Shown piece by piece: positions 7,873 to 13,200 of a DNA stretch of 13,200 bases. Origin of the DNA: a bacterium. Lineage in GTDB: Bacteria; Zhuqueibacterota; Zhuqueibacteria; Oceanimicrobiales; Oceanimicrobiaceae. The notes under the pieces were generated by a model, which saw only the letters and a program-made list of their open reading frames with translations, was not told the DNA's origin and made no database searches. The first letter of the stretch is position 1. Each line of letters starts with the position of its first letter. A program made the position numbers and the translations under genes. Location: assembly GCA_046758365.1 (NCBI GenBank), contig JBHIAC010000091.1, forward strand, positions 1-13,200, in the 5' to 3' direction.

Positions 7873-8245
7873 GGCTCATTCTCCTTATTTGAAGGTTCAT
7901 TCAACTAAAATTTATCATATTCTCACAATTGTCTAAGAGAAAAAGTAGAGTTATCAAAAAATTATATAGCTGAGTTAAAGCACGAAGCATTTTATTTTAT
8001 TATCGCTTTATCACCCCTTCCTTGTATGCAAATATATTAGCATGTTTGTTGCTCTATTTGCAAGTAATATAATTGTTGAAATTGGTAAATCAGAGAATGG
8101 GAATTCTGCAGAAAATTAAATAACTCACCTCCTTTCCCCTGCTTGAGTAGCATTCCATTCATCATTATTATATTTGGGTAGGCAGGTCTCCCCTTCCCCA
8201 AATTTTTGGATAAATCCTGAGAGGTAGTTCAGAGAAGTGATTGAC

Positions 8246-8273
8246 AATATACATAATAAAATTTAAATGTCAA
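8246..8273 (-). promoter_or_regulatory. Candidate sigma-70 promoter facing the S8 peptidase
   Basis: Minus strand TTGACA (8273-8268), 16-nt spacer, TATATT (8251-8246). Confidence 0.4.
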
Positions 8274-8439
8274 GATAAAAGTTGCGAAATTTCATAAAAT
8301 ATTACAGGGTGTGTTTCAATCAAAATAGAGACATCCCTTAGGTGTATTTCTAAGATAAGATATGCGCTGAGGGCTGACGTTACTTACTAAATATCAAATA
8401 AGTAAAGTCAAAAATAAAATAGTGAAAAAACTTTCATAT

Positions 8440-8936
8440 TTACCAATATTTTAAGATTAAATCCCTGGTTTGCAAACAACCTTTTAATGCATCGCCAGCC
8501 CCTTCATACTCGACCGTTATGGTGCCATCATAACCACTATCTTTTAATATCTGTAAACATCGTTGGTAATCAAGATAGCGCTCCTCACCGTTGGTGTCGA
8601 AATCAAAGCTTTTGGCGTGAACATGAAGGGCTTTTATAGAGAGCATTCGCAGACCTTTATAGACATCCACTTCCTTGGGGAAATTGTCGAAGTCCGGGCA
8701 GGTACCAATCGATAGGTTAAATCACTGCTCACATCTAAAATCACACCACAGCAAAATTCTTGACCCAATTTCTTTAGCTTTTCCAAATGTTCTGAATCAA
8801 AGCTAAGTATTTGGCGCTCTATCAATTCAATGCCGCCAAATCTGTTGTTAAAAGCAAATTCAGGTCATGCTTCAAGATTTAGTTCTCCTTTTCGAATAGT
8901 TTCTTTCAAGCTCCAGGCCGATAAATAAATTTGCAT
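8440..8936 (-). pseudogene. Sugar phosphate isomerase/epimerase (xylose-isomerase-like TIM barrel) pseudogene
   Basis: From the ATG at 8936 it reads MQIYLSAWSLKETIRKGELNLEA*PEFAFNNRFGGIEL...DVSSDLTY, with an in-frame TGA at 8867-8865. A frame change near 8710 leads into IGTCPDFDNF...HVHAK...DYQRCLQILKDSGYDGTITVEYEG...KYW*. The central barrel segment with the ENH-type motif is missing. Confidence 0.8.
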
Positions 8937-8940
8937 ATTT

Positions 8941-11316
8941 TTATTTCCAATGAATACGTTTAATTTCTCTGCCATTTGTTGTTAGAATTATGGCTGCATT
9001 TTGGTCCGTTCGAAGTATTTGAGTTCTAATTAAATTTAATCTCTCCAAAACCTGCTGATGCGGATGATTAAATCTATTGAATTCTCCCACTGAAATAACT
9101 GCATATCTGGGCTGAATGGCATTGAGTAAAAATGGACTGCTGGAGGTGTTACTGCCGTGGTGCCCTACTTTTACAACTTCACTTTCAAGCATTTCACCGA
9201 ATTTGGCAATTTGACGTTCTCCTGGGATCTCTATATCACCCAGAAATAAAAAATCTGTTTCTCCATAACTTACTTTCAAAACCAATGAACCATCATTAAT
9301 AGAAAAACTATTTTGTTTTAAAAAATCATTGGTTGGGTGAAAGACAATTATTTTTACAGGATCGAATTCTTCTAACAAATTCCCAGCTCTGAGAATTCGT
9401 CTTTTTATTTTTAAACTGTCTAACAATCCTAAATACTCTTGGTAAATTTTTGAATTCTTGGCCTGTCCATTATCCCAGACTTCATGCACTTCGAAATTTC
9501 GTAAAAGATATGGGAAGCCACCGAGATGGTCTGTTTCCGCATGGGACAAAATCATGGCATCAATTTCATCGATGCCTTCGCGCTTTAGATAAGGAGCAAT
9601 CACCCATTTCCCAGCATCATAATGTAGGCCTCGCGGACCACCGTCAATCAGTACGTGTTTGCCATTCGGAAAAGTCAAAAGCGCCGCATCCCCTTGGCCT
9701 ACATCAAAATATACAGTCTTCAGCTTATGATTATTTTCTGTAAATAAACGCCCAACAAAAACGTTTGCCAAAACTAAGGTATATATTATCAGCCAACGTT
9801 TGACCCGTTTTGAATTAAAATTGGCCAAAAGAAGCAGCCCAATGAAATAGCCTATAATTAGTAGTGGAGTTAGTTTATAGATTTCCCAATTAGATAGAGG
9901 AACTTGGCTTCCCCATTCGACGATTTTAACTAAGAGATGCAGGAAAAACCAGGCAGCATTTAAATATAATTGGGCTAACATCGTGGTAAATAGATTGATC
10001 ACCGCAGCCACGATACCACTGGCTAACCCACAAAAAGCGAGAGGGATAATCAGCAGGTTGGCTAAAAGAGAAAAACTTGGCAGCCGATTAAAATAAATTA
10101 TCGTGAACGGTAGAGTTCCTAAAAATGCCGCCATTGAAACAAGCAGCAGTTCCACAGGATATTGAATGAACGATCTTTCTTGAAATCGTTGTATTAAAAT
10201 GAGCTTTCTCAACTTGGGATAGAGATAAATAATGGAAGCCACAGCCGTAAATGAGAGTTGAAATCCCGACTGAAAAAGTTCCAGAGGAGTTAAAATGAGG
10301 ATAAAAAGGGCCGCTAAGGCCAGGGTATTTATGACATCGGTCTTCCTTTCTAATAGGGTGCCAAGAAGTAAAAGTCCCCCCATAATGGACGCTCGAACCA
10401 CAGGCGGCTTTAAATTGGTTAAATAAGCATAAAAGAATAAACCGAAGAGTGTGAGAAATACTCGTGCCCTGTAGGGAACCCTAAAAACACCAGATACTCC
10501 CATAAAGATTAATATGATGAACCCAACATGGAGACCCGACACAGCCAAGATGTGAATCACCCCCAATTTTGCAAAAGCCTTGCGCAGTTCCAAAGGGATT
10601 TCGCCCCGTTCACCAATGAGCAGCCCGCGTAAAAGCGCACCTTCTTTTGCAGGAAGATTCTTTGCAATAAAGTCATCCAAATATAATTTAACCGGATAAA
10701 CCAACTTCCGAAGCATCCAGCTCCCATTTCCAGTTGAAATTTTTTGAACTTGGCGGCTACCTTTTAAATTGACTACACCAAAAATACCTTGAGCCAAAAG
10801 ATATTCCCGATAATCAAATTCACCCGGATTTCTCTTATCTCTGGGCTGCCTCAACTTGCCCCGAATGATAATTTCATCCCCATATTGAAATTGACTATTC
10901 TCATTTCCAATACTTACCAGAATTTTTCCCTGGGTTGGATTAACTTTGCGATTTATAAATATTTCTTTTGTATCAACGGTAAGGATAATTTTATTGACTC
11001 GCCGCTCTGGGTATCTTACAATGATTCCCGAAATAGCCACAGGCTTTCGTATATTTGTGTAATTCAAAATATGATTTTGCTGCACGTAGCCCGTAGATAA
11101 TTCATAGCGGACGATTCCCATCAGAACCAAGCCTGTGGCCAAGCAGAAATTTAATAGTTCCGGATTACCTTTTTCATGATACCAAAGAGTAAAGGCGAGA
11201 AAGAGGGGAAAGATACTTAGTGCAACAAAAAGAGGAGTAGGAAAATCAAAATATCTGCCAGTAATGAGGCCAAGCATGAAAAGTAAAAGAACTTTCAATG
11301 CAGGTTTTGTATTCAT
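8941..11316 (-). CDS. comEC: DNA internalization competence protein ComEC/Rec2
   Basis: N-terminal OB-like region (RNPGEFDYREYL); Competence domain (GLLIGER, HILAVSGLHVG, PVVRASIM, GFQLSF); C-terminal metallo-beta-lactamase domain (FDVGQGDA, SHAETDHLGG, KVGHHGS, HPH, RTDQNAAI). Confidence 0.95.
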   Translation of the reverse strand: MNTKPALKVLLLFMLGLITGRYFDFPTPLFVALSIFPLFLAFTLWYHEKGNPELLNFCLATGLVLMGIVRYELSTGYVQQNHILNYTNIRKPVAISGIIVRYPERRVNKIILTVDTKEIFINRKVNPTQGKILVSIGNENSQFQYGDEIIIRGKLRQPRDKRNPGEFDYREYLLAQGIFGVVNLKGSRQVQKISTGNGSWMLRKLVYPVKLYLDDFIAKNLPAKEGALLRGLLIGERGEIPLELRKAFAKLGVIHILAVSGLHVGFIILIFMGVSGVFRVPYRARVFLTLFGLFFYAYLTNLKPPVVRASIMGGLLLLGTLLERKTDVINTLALAALFILILTPLELFQSGFQLSFTAVASIIYLYPKLRKLILIQRFQERSFIQYPVELLLVSMAAFLGTLPFTIIYFNRLPSFSLLANLLIIPLAFCGLASGIVAAVINLFTTMLAQLYLNAAWFFLHLLVKIVEWGSQVPLSNWEIYKLTPLLIIGYFIGLLLLANFNSKRVKRWLIIYTLVLANVFVGRLFTENNHKLKTVYFDVGQGDAALLTFPNGKHVLIDGGPRGLHYDAGKWVIAPYLKREGIDEIDAMILSHAETDHLGGFPYLLRNFEVHEVWDNGQAKNSKIYQEYLGLLDSLKIKRRILRAGNLLEEFDPVKIIVFHPTNDFLKQNSFSINDGSLVLKVSYGETDFLFLGDIEIPGERQIAKFGEMLESEVVKVGHHGSNTSSSPFLLNAIQPRYAVISVGEFNRFNHPHQQVLERLNLIRTQILRTDQNAAIILTTNGREIKRIHWK

Positions 11317-11401
11317 TACAATTTTATTTTTATGAAAATATTTTACTACGGTAGAAGAAAGGAAGATGGACGGCGAGGATGACTATTCATTTCTCCTTCA
11401 A

Positions 11402-12013
11402 TTAATTTCTCATTTGTTGCTTTCGCAGCCATTTGTACAATAAATCGACTTTCTTTGCTAAATCAGTTAAGCTGCCATCATTTTCAATCACATAATCGGC
11501 CCGTCTTATTTTATCCACCAAAGGCATTTGCGAGTTCATGCGTTTGAGAATTTCTTCCTTTGAAAGACGGTTGCGTTCCTGAAGCCATTTAATTCTTTTT
11601 TCAAGAGGAGCACTCACAACAACTACGGCCCCTAACATTTTATCCATTTTAGATTCAAAAATCAAAGCGGCTTCCACACCGACCAATTTTTGATTTTCCT
11701 CTATTTGAAGTCGTTGAGCTTCTTCCCTAATCCAACGGAGAACATGCGGATGAATGATTTGGTTGACTTTTTCTCGGGCTTCCGGATTAGAAAAGACGAT
11801 TTGGCTTAACACGTCCTTATTCAATCTACCATCTTCGTCGTAGACGTCTTTCCCAAATTCGCCTGTCAAAGCCTGACGAATCTCGGGTAATCTGTTGGTC
11901 AATTCTTTGGCCAGTGGATCCGCTTCGATGATGGGAACACCTTTCTCTTTTAAAATATTGCATACGGCGGTCTTGCCGCAGCCAATGCCACCTGTCACGC
12001 CAAAAAGGAGCAT
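11402..12013 (-). CDS. coaE: Dephospho-CoA kinase
   Basis: P-loop GVTGGIGCGKT, IIEADPLA, IVFSNP...IIHP, EAALIFE, RMNSQMP, ADYVIENDGS; 203 aa. Confidence 0.96.
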   Translation of the reverse strand: MLLFGVTGGIGCGKTAVCNILKEKGVPIIEADPLAKELTNRLPEIRQALTGEFGKDVYDEDGRLNKDVLSQIVFSNPEAREKVNQIIHPHVLRWIREEAQRLQIEENQKLVGVEAALIFESKMDKMLGAVVVVSAPLEKRIKWLQERNRLSKEEILKRMNSQMPLVDKIRRADYVIENDGSLTDLAKKVDLLYKWLRKQQMRN

Positions 12014-12052
12014 TATAGTATTACCAATTTAATAATAGTTTTACGTATCTGT

Positions 12053-12073
12053 TTGCGGCTTCGCCGCGATAGA
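12053..12073. repeat. Short GC-rich palindromic REP-like repeat, copy 2 (ttgcggcttcgccgcgataga)
   Basis: gcggc/gccgc hairpin in the divergent intergenic region; 17/21 identical to 43-63. Confidence 0.5.
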
Positions 12074-12172
12074 TTAGAAGTTAAAAATTAGGAAATAGAT
12101 CATCCAATATTTTTATTTATTAAATATAGAGAGCAAAAAAATTTATTTCAAGCAATTTAATGAGAGGCAATC

Positions 12173-13072
12173 ATGCTATTTTCTATATTGAAGAATAAAG
12201 ATTTTATTAAAAGAGTGACTGTTATTTTTTTGCTTTGGCTTTTAAATACTCCAACTGCACTTTTTTCATTCACAAAATCCATAGACTATGGTCAATATGG
12301 GTATTATCTTGATTTTCTGACTTTCCGTGCTGGGGATACCGAGAAGACTTTAGTGGAAATATTTGGCCAGTTCCCAGCACAGAACTTCAAATTTGTTAAA
12401 TCTGTTGAAGGCTACTGCGCCCATTATGAACTCTCTATCAGACTTCTAAACCAAGACGATGAGCTTATCCAATGGACACATCAAATTGATTCTGTAAAAG
12501 TCAGCTCCACAAATACTATCTCAAATCTTAGTCAGCGCTTGACTCGGGCCCTCTTTGTCGTTCCTCCAGGACAATATCGAGCTGAACTTTATCTAATTGA
12601 TTTGAAAACCCATGCGACTTTGACCTTCATTATGAATATTGTAGCACCAGATTATGGATATTCTGGACTTAAGGTAAGTGATTTGCAGATTTCAACGTTA
12701 ATCAATTCCACAGAAGAAAAATCGGCTCTAGTAAAGAATAATTGGAAAATTTGGCCTAATATTCCGCGCCTATTTGGCATGAATTCTCCTACTTTGTACG
12801 TTTATGCGGAGCTATATAACTTTAGTCACAGATTAGGGGAACACAAACAAGGATTTGTTGCCACCTATACTATTACAAACAATAGAAGGCAGGAGGTTAC
12901 GTCCCTTGATCTTAGCAAAGAAATACCCGGAGAAACCTTTGTACTTGTGGCTAAGATTCCAATTCAAGAACTCAAATCAGGTCAATACCGATTGACACTC
13001 AATGTGAAGGGCGTAGCGAGTGGCAAAGTAATTGAAAAATCGACCTATTTCAATATTGTTAATCCAATATAA
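12173..13072 (+). CDS. Exported hypothetical protein resembling the tandem Ig-like region of GWxTD-domain proteins
   Basis: Hydrophobic N-terminus; motifs LDFLTFR...VEIF, F.VPPGQY, L.VSDLQI, VKNNWKIWPN..R.F, LYVYAELYN and L.SGQYRL.L.V. No GWxTD motif is present. Confidence 0.65.
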   Translation: MLFSILKNKDFIKRVTVIFLLWLLNTPTALFSFTKSIDYGQYGYYLDFLTFRAGDTEKTLVEIFGQFPAQNFKFVKSVEGYCAHYELSIRLLNQDDELIQWTHQIDSVKVSSTNTISNLSQRLTRALFVVPPGQYRAELYLIDLKTHATLTFIMNIVAPDYGYSGLKVSDLQISTLINSTEEKSALVKNNWKIWPNIPRLFGMNSPTLYVYAELYNFSHRLGEHKQGFVATYTITNNRRQEVTSLDLSKEIPGETFVLVAKIPIQELKSGQYRLTLNVKGVASGKVIEKSTYFNIVNPI

Positions 13073-13200
13073 AAGATGGGGCTAATTAACCGGCCTTCAC
13101 ATTCTAAAATTTTTTAAACTTCACCTCATCACCGCCAATTTCCCTATAGCCTTCTGCCCCTCTCCCTACCAAATTTAGAATAGTAAAATCTCCGCAGCCG

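Noticed and set aside
8026..8041. Possible sigma-54 site for the peptidase (minus strand TGCTAA-N5-TTGCA)
   Set aside because: It lacks the -24 GG and most of the TGGCAC element.
8125..8135. Possible 16S rRNA 3' fragment
   Set aside because: Only 11 nt match and no other rRNA sequence flanks it.
13100..13200. Possible 3' end of a minus-strand gene entering from the right (e.g. ...AAEILLF*)
   Set aside because: Too little sequence to choose a frame or product.
1..13200. CRISPR array, tRNA, transposase, integrase or defence system
   Set aside because: No regularly spaced repeats, cloverleaf structures or recognisable catalytic motifs were seen.

Overview
This is an AT-rich bacterial chromosomal window. 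A T9SS/FlgD-type C-terminal domain, DUF4382 lipoproteins and a GWxTD-related protein suggest an FCB-superphylum lineage such as KSB1 or Calditrichota (inference). In order it holds: a small Cys-rich conserved protein; a secreted DUF885 protein; two paralogous DUF4382 lipoproteins flanking a DnaJ-like Zn-finger ORF; a convergent secreted S8 subtilase; a sugar-phosphate isomerase/epimerase pseudogene; comEC; coaE; and a divergent GWxTD-N-terminal-like protein. The main signal missing from the ORF track is at 2657-2878. It is a 222-bp element with 21-bp perfect (33-bp imperfect) inverted repeats around a 42-codon ORF made only of the N- and C-terminal ends of a GxxExxY-family protein, so it looks like a miniature non-autonomous GxxExxY cassette. 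It lies between a consensus sigma-54 promoter and the first DUF4382 gene, while the second paralogue has a matching promoter with the invariant -24 G mutated. Family assignments come from motif recognition by eye, not database searches.
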